From Candidatus Latescibacterota bacterium (GTDB lineage Bacteria; Latescibacterota; UBA2968; UBA8231): a stretch of DNA of 64,000 nucleotides. The notes below the pieces were generated by a model. It saw only the letters and a program-made list of their open reading frames with translations, did not search any database and had not been told where the DNA came from. Position 1 is the first letter of the stretch; each line of letters starts with the position of its first letter. Location of the stretch: assembly GCA_965248355.1 (NCBI GenBank), contig OZ252098.1, positions 2,144,001 through 2,208,000 on the forward strand, read 5' to 3'. Below, in pieces: positions 18,000 through 26,116 of the stretch. A program made the translations under genes and the position numbers.

Positions 18000-20183
18000 T
18001 CAGTACGCCACTTCGACGACGGTGGCGGCCGTCTCGGCGCTGGCCGCGCTGTGCACCTCTACGTGAGCCAGGTAGATCCCGGGCGGCACGAGCTCGCCAC
18101 GGCCGTTGGTGCCATCCCATGGGATCGACCAGTGACCGCCTCCCTGCTCGCCGGAGAAGAGGCGGCGAACGAGGTGGCCGGCCAGATCGAGCACCCTCAC
18201 CTCAACGGCCACGGGACCGATCACGCGCGACAGGTCGTAAGAGATGCGGGTCCGGTCGTTGATCCCGTCGCCGTTGGGGCTGAAGGGCCGCGGTCCGGCC
18301 CGGGTATTGATCAGGACGTGGCCGCCCGAAAGGGGCACGTCCACCGCCAGCACCCGCGGGTCCGCCGTTCCCGCCGGAGGAAAGGCGGCGTCCTCGGGGC
18401 CCAGGTGGGCCGCGTTGCCGGCGAGGATCTTCTGACCGCTGATCCCGATCCCGGTGCGGCCGGCCCACCCGGGAAAGGTCGTCCCGTATCTGAGGACGCG
18501 GCAGCGAAACCGGATCCTCAGGACGGCGGCCTCGCCGGCCTCCAGGTCGCTGACCGTTATGGCCGGGAAGCGTACCCGGAACCGCCGTTCCTCCACCGCC
18601 TCGATGCCGAAGTCGGCGGCCGGATCGGTGGGCAGGGCCGACGAGCTCAGATCCTGAGCGGAGAAGTCCGCCGCCTCGCTGCGGTCGTCGTGGAACAGGA
18701 CCTGGATCGACTCGATCGCTTCGACCCGGACCGGCGTGGCGATCTCGAAGGTGTCGAAGCCGCTGTCCCGGCCCGGCCGTATCCGGGTCGGCATGACCGC
18801 GTAGGTGAAGGTTTCCGGAACGGCCAGCTCGGCCTGACGAGGGTAGATCTCTCCGACGATCCGCTCGGCCGCCGGGGGAAACACCGTGAAGGCCAGCTGC
18901 CCAACCCCGGCCGCTGCCGCCAGGTCCCGGCTCACCAGTTCGACCCGGACCTGGAAATAGCGCCGCGGGCCCGGAGTGGTGACGACCGCCCCGAGCTGCT
19001 CGTCATCGATGTTCTCGACCGTGATGCCGCTGGTGCCTTCCTGCCCATACGGAGCCGACCACGGCGTCCAGGCGTCCGGATCGTCCCGGATCTCGCCCCG
19101 TGGCTTCGTGCCGAGGTAGTCCTCCAGGCTCAGAGCCACCCGGTTCTTCTCCGCCAGCGGCAGCGCCCGGTAGGCTCGCAGCGCATCGAGCGGCTCCAGG
19201 TCATCCAGGGCGATCTGCTCTCCCTCGGCCGTGGTGGCCACCGCGCCCTGCTTCCAGGGGAGATTCACCGAACCATCGGGACCCGGGCGGGTGAATTCCA
19301 GGGGTGTATCGTCATGCCCGGCGCGCGTCGCAATGCGGGCCTGCGCCAGCCCTTCGGGACCCAGGGCCTCCTCGATCCACCGGATCTTGCCCCACACCCC
19401 CCAGTCGTCCCCCAGGTCGTAGACATTGGAGATGTATCGGGCCTCGGGCACGAACCCCGCCCCGTATACCCGGAACTCGGCGATTTCGAAGCCGACCACC
19501 GTCTGCGACTTCAGTCGCAGGAAGCGGAGGTACTGGGGGGGGATCCGCAGGTCGACCACGGGCCGGTCGTTCTGCAGCTCCAGCTTGAAGCTGGTCAGCA
19601 CCGGCCGGCCGGACTCGTCTCTGGAATTCTCGCTGCCGTCGTTGACCAGAAGCTCGTAGGCGCGCAGAAAGTCGTTCTGGAACGGAAAGTCGGGCGTCTC
19701 GAAACCCGGAGCGTTCCTCGGAAAGAACTGGATCCGGTTCACCCCGAAGCGCGCCCCCAGGTCAACGTCGAACATGGCCCCGAAGGCGAGGACCTGCGGC
19801 CCCCCGGCTTCGCCCTTCTGGGTGAAAGCCGTCTCGAGATCGCCGTCCACCATCAGGAGCAGCTCCTCGGCGATGCCGCTCGTCAAGATGTTCGGCGAGG
19901 TCAGGGTGGCTGCGGCCGCGAAATTCCTGGTGGAGTCGGCTCTCTGCGGGAAGATCCAGCCCGGTCTTCCGGGAACGTCGAAGTCGACCACATCGCCCGG
20001 GGTGTTGGTGATCTCGGCCTCGTCGACACCGATCTCCACCGCGGCCGGGATCTGGCCGCCGCCGCCGTTCCAGGGTTGGCCGCCGGCGCCGCCCAGCACC
20101 CGGCTGTCGGCAGCCAGATTCTGGACCATCAGGCAGATTGTCCCGAGCAGGCCCAGGCAGAGGCTGATCGGCTGCGGTCTCAC
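18000..20183 (-). CDS. Secreted protein with discoidin/F5-8-like domain and C-terminal FlgD-Ig / gliding-motility-CTD-like domain
   Basis: AGGAGG RBS before GTG 20183; signal peptide; VDGDLETAF..FDVDLG..EIAEFRVYG; FSPNGDGIND...WDGTNGRGELVPPGIY...VEVAY*. Confidence 0.8.
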   Translation of the reverse strand: MRPQPISLCLGLLGTICLMVQNLAADSRVLGGAGGQPWNGGGGQIPAAVEIGVDEAEITNTPGDVVDFDVPGRPGWIFPQRADSTRNFAAAATLTSPNILTSGIAEELLLMVDGDLETAFTQKGEAGGPQVLAFGAMFDVDLGARFGVNRIQFFPRNAPGFETPDFPFQNDFLRAYELLVNDGSENSRDESGRPVLTSFKLELQNDRPVVDLRIPPQYLRFLRLKSQTVVGFEIAEFRVYGAGFVPEARYISNVYDLGDDWGVWGKIRWIEEALGPEGLAQARIATRAGHDDTPLEFTRPGPDGSVNLPWKQGAVATTAEGEQIALDDLEPLDALRAYRALPLAEKNRVALSLEDYLGTKPRGEIRDDPDAWTPWSAPYGQEGTSGITVENIDDEQLGAVVTTPGPRRYFQVRVELVSRDLAAAAGVGQLAFTVFPPAAERIVGEIYPRQAELAVPETFTYAVMPTRIRPGRDSGFDTFEIATPVRVEAIESIQVLFHDDRSEAADFSAQDLSSSALPTDPAADFGIEAVEERRFRVRFPAITVSDLEAGEAAVLRIRFRCRVLRYGTTFPGWAGRTGIGISGQKILAGNAAHLGPEDAAFPPAGTADPRVLAVDVPLSGGHVLINTRAGPRPFSPNGDGINDRTRISYDLSRVIGPVAVEVRVLDLAGHLVRRLFSGEQGGGHWSIPWDGTNGRGELVPPGIYLAHVEVHSAASAETAATVVEVAY

Positions 20184-20200
20184 TCGATGGCCTCCTGGTG

Positions 20201-22726
20201 TCAATACGCTACGTGGACCACGCGGTGCGCCTTGCGGCTCGATACGTCCGCGTCCGAATCCACCTCGATCTCCAACAGGTAGGCCCCGGGAGGCACCAGC
20301 CGGCCGCTCTGGTCGTCGCCGGACCAGCGGACCGTGTAGGATCCGCTCACGTGGGGACGCCGCTCCTCCCACTCCCTCACCAGGCCGCCGCCCAGATCGT
20401 AGAGGCGGGTCTTCACCGCGCGCTGCCCGGTGAGCCGGAAGACCGAGAACTCGAACCGCGCTTCGTCGTTGATCCCATCCCCGTTCGGGGTCAGGATCGG
20501 AGCGCTGATCGTCAACGGGCCCATCACCCGCCTGTCTTCCAACGGCCCTCGCAACAGCATCCCCTGACTCGAGGCCAGGGCGGTCGCATCGCCGGGATCC
20601 ACCCGTTGCCACCGGTCGGCCTCGGAGGAATTTCCCAGTTCCGCCTGCAGGATGGCGCCGGGGCGGAACAGGGTCGTGGTGAACCGCACTTCGATCAGGT
20701 CGACGTCGGGGCCCACCGCCGAATCCAGGCGCACCCACAGCGAGTCCGATCCGGCCGGGACCTGCTCCAGATCGGAGGGTCCCAGCTCGGCCACCGGGCC
20801 GGCTTCCCACTGCGACTCCCGGGCCATGCGGAGAAGCTGAAAATCCAGGTCCACCCCGGGAGCGTACAGGCGAATCTGGTCCATTCCGGGGCCGCTCCGC
20901 AGGAACTCGGCCTTGACGAACAGGGACAGGGTGTCGATGGCACCCAACCCGGATACCAGGGCCGGCTCGAGCTCGCCCCGGACCTGCCGGGCCAGGGGAT
21001 CGAGAAAGTTCAGCCGAATCGACCGCAGGGAGGCCGCCTGGTGCGGATCGTCCGTCATCAGCCAGGCCTGGAGCATCAGGTACGACCGCGGGCTCGGCGA
21101 GGTGACGGGGGCCCCCGAGACCGCGTATCCCTCGCTCCAGTCGCTCCAGTCACCCCCCGGCACCTGCTCGGCCACGATGTCGATCTCCTTCTTGGCGAAT
21201 TTGTTCAGCTTGTCGTAGGCCTCTTCGGTTATCTCGGTGCCATCGTCCTTGAAGTAGCGGAGGACATCCGCGAGTTGGTTGCCGGTCCGGCTGCGCAGCG
21301 AGATGGAGGTCCCGGGGGGCGTCTCTCCCTCCCACTCGATCGAGTTCAGCGTCCGGGCGCCGCCCAGCGTGATCAGGGGGGACGTGAGTGAAACGCGAGG
21401 CTGGTATCCCTCGCCGTAGAACTGCATCTCCCGCGTGTCCGCGTTGCCTCCCGCCATGCCGCCGGAATAGGGAATGCTGATGTAGCGGGCGACCGTCGGT
21501 TCGAACACGTTGACGTGGTAATCCATGCCGCCGTCGCCCCCGAGCGCCTGGCTGGTCCAGGCCAGTCTTCCCTCGGGCGTCAGGGTGCCGTCCGAGGTCT
21601 GGATTTCGTACTTGGTGATGGGTCCCTCGTAACCCTTGTTCTGGAAGAGCATCTGCACTCGATCCACCCAGAAGAAGGCGCCCAGGTCGAAGAAGAAGAA
21701 GCGCTGGGCGGGCTTGACGACGGTGGTCACGACCGTCGTTTCATACAGGCCGTCCACCAGGCTGGTGACCGCGGTGGTATCCGTCTCTATCTTCTGCGCC
21801 ACCCCCCGGCGGGCCGTCAACCCCAGGGCGATGTTCTCGCCTATCGTCCGCACTTCCATCCCGGCCAGACGGGGACGCTCGCGGCGGAAGTACCGGACCT
21901 CGCCACGCGATCCCGCGTCGATCGCCTCGTAGATCTCCGGCTCGACCCGGATGCTCCCATCGGCCACCCTCTTGTAGTAGTCCACCGCCCCCCGGCGGCC
22001 CGGCTCCAGGGCGTCGTAGACCTCGCGGGACACCTCGGCGCCTCGCACCGAGTCGCTTTCCGTCACCACGAGCTGGACGTACCGGATCTCGTCCCCCCGC
22101 CACTCGGGATCGCGGACGTCTCCCGACGGTTTCAGCTCGACGTCGAAGAGGCGTCGGCTCTTGTTCGCGCCCGGACTCGCGTAGGCGACGATGTAGCTCT
22201 TGACGTCCTTCAGGCCCTGCTCGGGACGCTCGCCGTCCGAGGTCAGAAGGGTATACTGGAGAAAGGGATCCCCGAGATCCTCGTTCACGAAGGTCAGGAG
22301 GATCCTGGTGGCGGACACGACCCGCCCCAGATCCAGCTCGAACCACCAGTCGCGCAGTGGCTGGTCCGGGTCGGGCTGCCAGTACGAGGTCAGGTCCCCG
22401 TCAAGGAGGTTGGCTACCGCGGCCGCATTGGTGCCGGCAGTCACCGCGTTCATGAAGTCGACGTCTTCAGCCTCGACTCCTCTGGGCGGGTGCCGTCTCA
22501 GGTGCTCGACAATGTCCCGGGTCGCGTCGATATCCCTGGCCACAAAGTGCGGTCGAACCGTGTGCGCCGGGGCCAAGAACTCCACCGTGCCGGCCGGGAA
22601 ATTCCAGGCTTCCAGGTGGCGGCCCTCTACCACGATCTGGTTGCCGCGGATGACATACCCCTGGCCCCAGACCGCACTGCCACACAGGACCCAGAGAGCC
22701 AGCGCCGAGCTGATCCTGCCGTTCAT
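20201..22726 (-). CDS. Secreted protein with two discoidin-like domains and C-terminal FlgD-Ig-like domain
   Basis: GGAGG RBS, ATG 22726, signal peptide; LLDGDLTSYW..WFELDLG and LVDG..FFFDLG; LTPNGDGIND...WSGDDQSGRLVPPGAY...VHVAY*. Confidence 0.8.
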   Translation of the reverse strand: MNGRISSALALWVLCGSAVWGQGYVIRGNQIVVEGRHLEAWNFPAGTVEFLAPAHTVRPHFVARDIDATRDIVEHLRRHPPRGVEAEDVDFMNAVTAGTNAAAVANLLDGDLTSYWQPDPDQPLRDWWFELDLGRVVSATRILLTFVNEDLGDPFLQYTLLTSDGERPEQGLKDVKSYIVAYASPGANKSRRLFDVELKPSGDVRDPEWRGDEIRYVQLVVTESDSVRGAEVSREVYDALEPGRRGAVDYYKRVADGSIRVEPEIYEAIDAGSRGEVRYFRRERPRLAGMEVRTIGENIALGLTARRGVAQKIETDTTAVTSLVDGLYETTVVTTVVKPAQRFFFFDLGAFFWVDRVQMLFQNKGYEGPITKYEIQTSDGTLTPEGRLAWTSQALGGDGGMDYHVNVFEPTVARYISIPYSGGMAGGNADTREMQFYGEGYQPRVSLTSPLITLGGARTLNSIEWEGETPPGTSISLRSRTGNQLADVLRYFKDDGTEITEEAYDKLNKFAKKEIDIVAEQVPGGDWSDWSEGYAVSGAPVTSPSPRSYLMLQAWLMTDDPHQAASLRSIRLNFLDPLARQVRGELEPALVSGLGAIDTLSLFVKAEFLRSGPGMDQIRLYAPGVDLDFQLLRMARESQWEAGPVAELGPSDLEQVPAGSDSLWVRLDSAVGPDVDLIEVRFTTTLFRPGAILQAELGNSSEADRWQRVDPGDATALASSQGMLLRGPLEDRRVMGPLTISAPILTPNGDGINDEARFEFSVFRLTGQRAVKTRLYDLGGGLVREWEERRPHVSGSYTVRWSGDDQSGRLVPPGAYLLEIEVDSDADVSSRKAHRVVHVAY

Positions 22727-22770
22727 GTTGCCGCACCTCCCTGTGCCGGCCCACGGCCGACAGGCCCGCC

Positions 22771-24735
22771 TCAATACGCCACCGCGATCAGGCGGGTTCC
22801 GCTGTCGCGGCCCCCTTCGCGATCGACCGCGACCCGGCATACGTAGAGCCCCGGCGGCACCAGCCGGCCGCCGCTGTCCCGCCCGTCCCAGGGCTGGATG
22901 TACCGACCCGAACGGTCCCGGCCCACATACACCTCCCGCACCCGCCGGCCCGACAGATCCCACACCCCCACCTCCACCCGCCGGTCCTCGGTCAACTTCA
23001 GCAGGTCGTACCGGATCGCCACCGCGTCGTTGATCCCGTCCCCGTTGGGCGTAAACGCAGCCGGCTCGACCTCCAGCCCCCCCACAATCGACGCTCCCAG
23101 CGACAGCGTCTCCACCGACAGACGGTTGCCGTCCAGCGAGTTGGTCGCATCGCCTTCCCGCACCGGTTGCCAGACCTCCGCCGGCGCCTGGCTGTCGAAG
23201 ACGCGGCCCTGGAAGGTCGCCGCATAACGATACACCTCGCCCCGCAGCCGAACCTGCAGCAACTCACCGCTCTCGTTCACTCCCAGCCGCGGAAAACTCA
23301 CCACCACCCGGTCCTCGGTGCGCAGGCTGTCCGCCTCCGTGAACGCTACCTCCGCTCCCTCCACCTCGACCCCGACCACCTCCGCCACCCGGCCCCCCTG
23401 GAAGCGCAACTCCAGGCTGTCGAATCCCCGATCCCGCAGCGACAAGGTGGGCCGCACCGCATAGGTGAAGTCGGTCAACTCCGAAGCCTCGGCCTGCCAC
23501 GGATCCACCTCCCCCACCAGATCCGTCGCCGCCGGCGGCGACGATACCGCGAATTCCAGGAGATTCACCTGCCCCCCGTCCAGAAAATCACTGGCGAAGT
23601 CAATCGAGAACTGCACGTAGCTGCGGGGCCGCGGCGCCACCATCGGCACCCCCAGACTGTCGTCGAACGAATACGGCGCCGACCACAGGTCCCAGTTGGC
23701 CGCGTCGTGGGTGATGCTGCCTTTCTCCTTCTCCTTCAGCTTGTCATACCGCGCCCGGGTCAGGGGCGATCCGTCCGGCCCATACGGCACCTCCTCGTCG
23801 GCCCGGAAGGTCCGCCGCCAGTACCGGGACGGATCCGGATCGTCGCCGCCATGGCTGCGGATCGATACCCGGGCCGACTCGTCCTGGCGGCCCGACCAGC
23901 GCACCCGGCCCAGACTGGAGGGGGCGCCCAGCGGAATGGTGTTCGAGGTATAGCCGGCGAACGGCACATACCCCTCGGCGAAGACCTCCATCTCCGCGAT
24001 CTCCCACGCCTGCCGCTGAAACGGGTCGACCCACAGGGCCAGCTGTCGCACCGGCGTCCGGTCGAGGGGGATCTCCACCACCGGGCTCTTGTTCTCCGTG
24101 ATCTCCGCCACCAGATCGAATTCGAGTCCCGTGCGGACGAGCTTGCGCTGGAATTCCAGGTGAGACCGGTTCGGCGTTCCCCCGTGGGGTTCGCCACGGC
24201 CGGTGGCGATGGCCATGTGCTCGATGTAGTGCGGGGAGCCGGGACGCGGGGACACCCGCACCCGGTTCACCGGGAACAGGCCGCCCAGGTCGAAGTACAG
24301 GGTGAAGCCGGTGATACCGCCGCCCGGACTGTAATCCGACAGCGACGCATTGTGCTCCAGGAAGAAGGTGGTGAAGTCCCCATCCGCGACCACGTCCAGG
24401 GCCGGATCGTGGCCATAGCCCGAATAGCGCTCGGTCCTCAGGAAGCCGCCCCGCTCCCCCACCGTGGCCAGGATGCTCTCGTCGCTGCCGTAGTAGTAGG
24501 GCGCCAGCGCTCCATCCAGGTTCACGCTGTCGAAGTCGCCGGCCCCGGCGGGATCGACGTCGGTCCACCTCAGCTGCTCGAACCCGGCGCGGCCGTCCGC
24601 CACCTCGAGCGGCAGGGGAAAGCGCGCGTAGTCCTCGCCGCCCAGCCGATAGATCGTCAGCGCGTCTGCGGGGAGCAACATCCCCGGGCTCGCCGCCAGG
24701 CACAAGATCAGGCCTGCCAATCGCGGTTTTGCCAA
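22771..24735 (-). CDS. Secreted protein with discoidin-like domain and C-terminal FlgD-Ig-like domain
   Basis: Probable TTG start 24735 giving a signal peptide (KPRLAGLILCLAA...ADA); VADGDFTTFF..LYFDLG..WEIAEMEVF; FTPNGDGIND...WDGRDSGGRLVPPGLY...IAVAY*. Confidence 0.8.
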   Translation of the reverse strand: MAKPRLAGLILCLAASPGMLLPADALTIYRLGGEDYARFPLPLEVADGRAGFEQLRWTDVDPAGAGDFDSVNLDGALAPYYYGSDESILATVGERGGFLRTERYSGYGHDPALDVVADGDFTTFFLEHNASLSDYSPGGGITGFTLYFDLGGLFPVNRVRVSPRPGSPHYIEHMAIATGRGEPHGGTPNRSHLEFQRKLVRTGLEFDLVAEITENKSPVVEIPLDRTPVRQLALWVDPFQRQAWEIAEMEVFAEGYVPFAGYTSNTIPLGAPSSLGRVRWSGRQDESARVSIRSHGGDDPDPSRYWRRTFRADEEVPYGPDGSPLTRARYDKLKEKEKGSITHDAANWDLWSAPYSFDDSLGVPMVAPRPRSYVQFSIDFASDFLDGGQVNLLEFAVSSPPAATDLVGEVDPWQAEASELTDFTYAVRPTLSLRDRGFDSLELRFQGGRVAEVVGVEVEGAEVAFTEADSLRTEDRVVVSFPRLGVNESGELLQVRLRGEVYRYAATFQGRVFDSQAPAEVWQPVREGDATNSLDGNRLSVETLSLGASIVGGLEVEPAAFTPNGDGINDAVAIRYDLLKLTEDRRVEVGVWDLSGRRVREVYVGRDRSGRYIQPWDGRDSGGRLVPPGLYVCRVAVDREGGRDSGTRLIAVAY

Positions 24736-24791
24736 GATTTCACCCTGCTGTCGTGTGGGCCCCCCGCTGTGCACCAGGGGCTGATTCTCAG

Positions 24792-24825
24792 GGAAGGGGG
24801 GATGTGAGACCACATCCCCCCTTCC
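24792..24825. terminator. Perfect 15-bp stem-loop between the first and second genes of the locus
   Basis: GGAAGGGGGGATGTG-AGAC-CACATCCCCCCTTCC; no U-tract on the coding (minus) strand, so it may be a stabiliser or attenuator rather than a full terminator. Confidence 0.65.
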
Positions 24826-24874
24826 TTCGTGCCATGGAGCTTGGAGCGCCGGCAGCGAATCTGCTCGCCGTCAG

Positions 24875-25783
24875 CTACTGCGTGAACGCGGCCTTGACCC
24901 GGCCCCAGCTCTCGGCTTCGACGGCCGTGCCGAACTCGACATCCTCCACCGGAGCCAGCAGGAAGTCGGTGGATACCGACGAGGTTTGCCAGACGGTTGC
25001 CTCGCCATTCAGAATCCACTGATCTTTCGAGTTGTCCTCCGTATTGTCATAGTCGGTGATCTCCCAGTTCAGACCGATGATCTCACCTTCTACCATGTCG
25101 TGCACCACACTGCCGTCCGGGTCATCCCACTGCAGGTTGTCCCACAACGTGAGCATCCACTCCGCCTGGCCGGTGACGTCGGCGGCGTTGAGCTCGGCGG
25201 CATCCGACGAGTACCCATTGTCGGCCCACGGCAGTTCGCCGGTCCAGGTAGCCTGGGACTGCCAGTACCAGGCCCACGCCGTCGCCTCGTTGTTCACGTT
25301 CGGCGACCCAGGATCGATATCCGGGAGGCGGAAGTGGATATTCTGGGCGAAGCGCGAGCCGTCCTCCGGCGAATCGCCATTGAAGGAGTCTTCGCCGCCG
25401 TGGTCCCCGTCAACGTTCATCTCGAAGCTGTCGGGTAAGTTCGCTGCGGCATCGAGACCGGAGACGTCCCGCTTGCGGAAGTCGTCGAACACCTGGTGGT
25501 GCATATAGAGACGGTCGGTGCTGGCGCTGTAACCGACGATGACCTTGCTGTTCATACTCGACAGGTCCGTCCACTGCTCGCCGGCCGGGGACGCGTAGAA
25601 CTCCGGCCCGATCCAGTAGTCCTGGGGAACCACGGACCACTCGGACAGATCCCCGTCCAGGGTCGGCTCGGCACCCGCCGGGAACTGGAACGCGAGCAGA
25701 ACCTGCCCCTCTGGCACGTGACCCCAGGCGGAAGGGGCGAAGCCCATGGTCAGGCAGAGGGCGAAAATCACTTTCTTCACCAT
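24875..25783 (-). CDS. Secreted acidic protein, CBM9/DOMON-like, with C-terminal 'TAVEAESWGRVKA' motif
   Basis: GGAGA RBS, ATG 25783, signal peptide MVKKVIFALCLTMGFAPSAWG; PTLDGDLSEW, LYMHHQVFDD, GEIIGLNWEITDYD. Confidence 0.8.
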   Translation of the reverse strand: MVKKVIFALCLTMGFAPSAWGHVPEGQVLLAFQFPAGAEPTLDGDLSEWSVVPQDYWIGPEFYASPAGEQWTDLSSMNSKVIVGYSASTDRLYMHHQVFDDFRKRDVSGLDAAANLPDSFEMNVDGDHGGEDSFNGDSPEDGSRFAQNIHFRLPDIDPGSPNVNNEATAWAWYWQSQATWTGELPWADNGYSSDAAELNAADVTGQAEWMLTLWDNLQWDDPDGSVVHDMVEGEIIGLNWEITDYDNTEDNSKDQWILNGEATVWQTSSVSTDFLLAPVEDVEFGTAVEAESWGRVKAAFTQ

Positions 25784-25802
25784 TGAAGAATCTCCATGAT
25801 GC

Positions 25803-26112
25803 TGATTCCCCGACCCCAGGCTCTCTGGGACCGACGGAATCGGGTTGACTGGATGTGTGGGCGGCCGGTCAGACCGCCGGGTGTAGAGATCGCTGGGGGT
25901 CTCGCAGTCGAAGGCCTGGTGCGGGGCCGGTCCGGCGCCACCGGGCGGTAGTGGAAGCTCGAGCGGGGCAGCCCGAGCAACTGGCACTGACGTGTACGCT
26001 CAACTGGGGATGCTGCGGCTCGATGAGAGCCACCTTGGCCTTGAATTGAGCGGAGTGCGGCTAATGTATGCATGGCCTTGGGGCGGACCAAGAAAAAACG
26101 AGGCCGACCCCA
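25803..26112 (-). mobile_element. Internally deleted IS3-family relic (MITE-like)
   Basis: Minus strand carries in order HSAQFKAKVAL (OrfA start), IEPQHPQLSV/RQCQLLGLPRSSFHYRP (OrfB start) and PHQAFDCETPSDLY (OrfB end); degenerate inverted repeats at 25811-25833 and 26084-26106 (14/23 identical). Confidence 0.75.
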
Positions 26113-26116
26113 CTCG

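Noticed and set aside
18255..23055. Three near-identical GTTGATCCC.TC.CCGTT.GG segments (possible DGR template/variable repeats or recombination sites)
   Set aside because: They are the codons of the PNGDGIND motif in three paralogs, differing at synonymous positions; no reverse transcriptase or recombinase is present.
8042..26112. Intact integrative element or prophage at tRNA-Lys
   Set aside because: No integrase, phage or conjugation genes, and no duplicated tRNA 3' end seen in the window.
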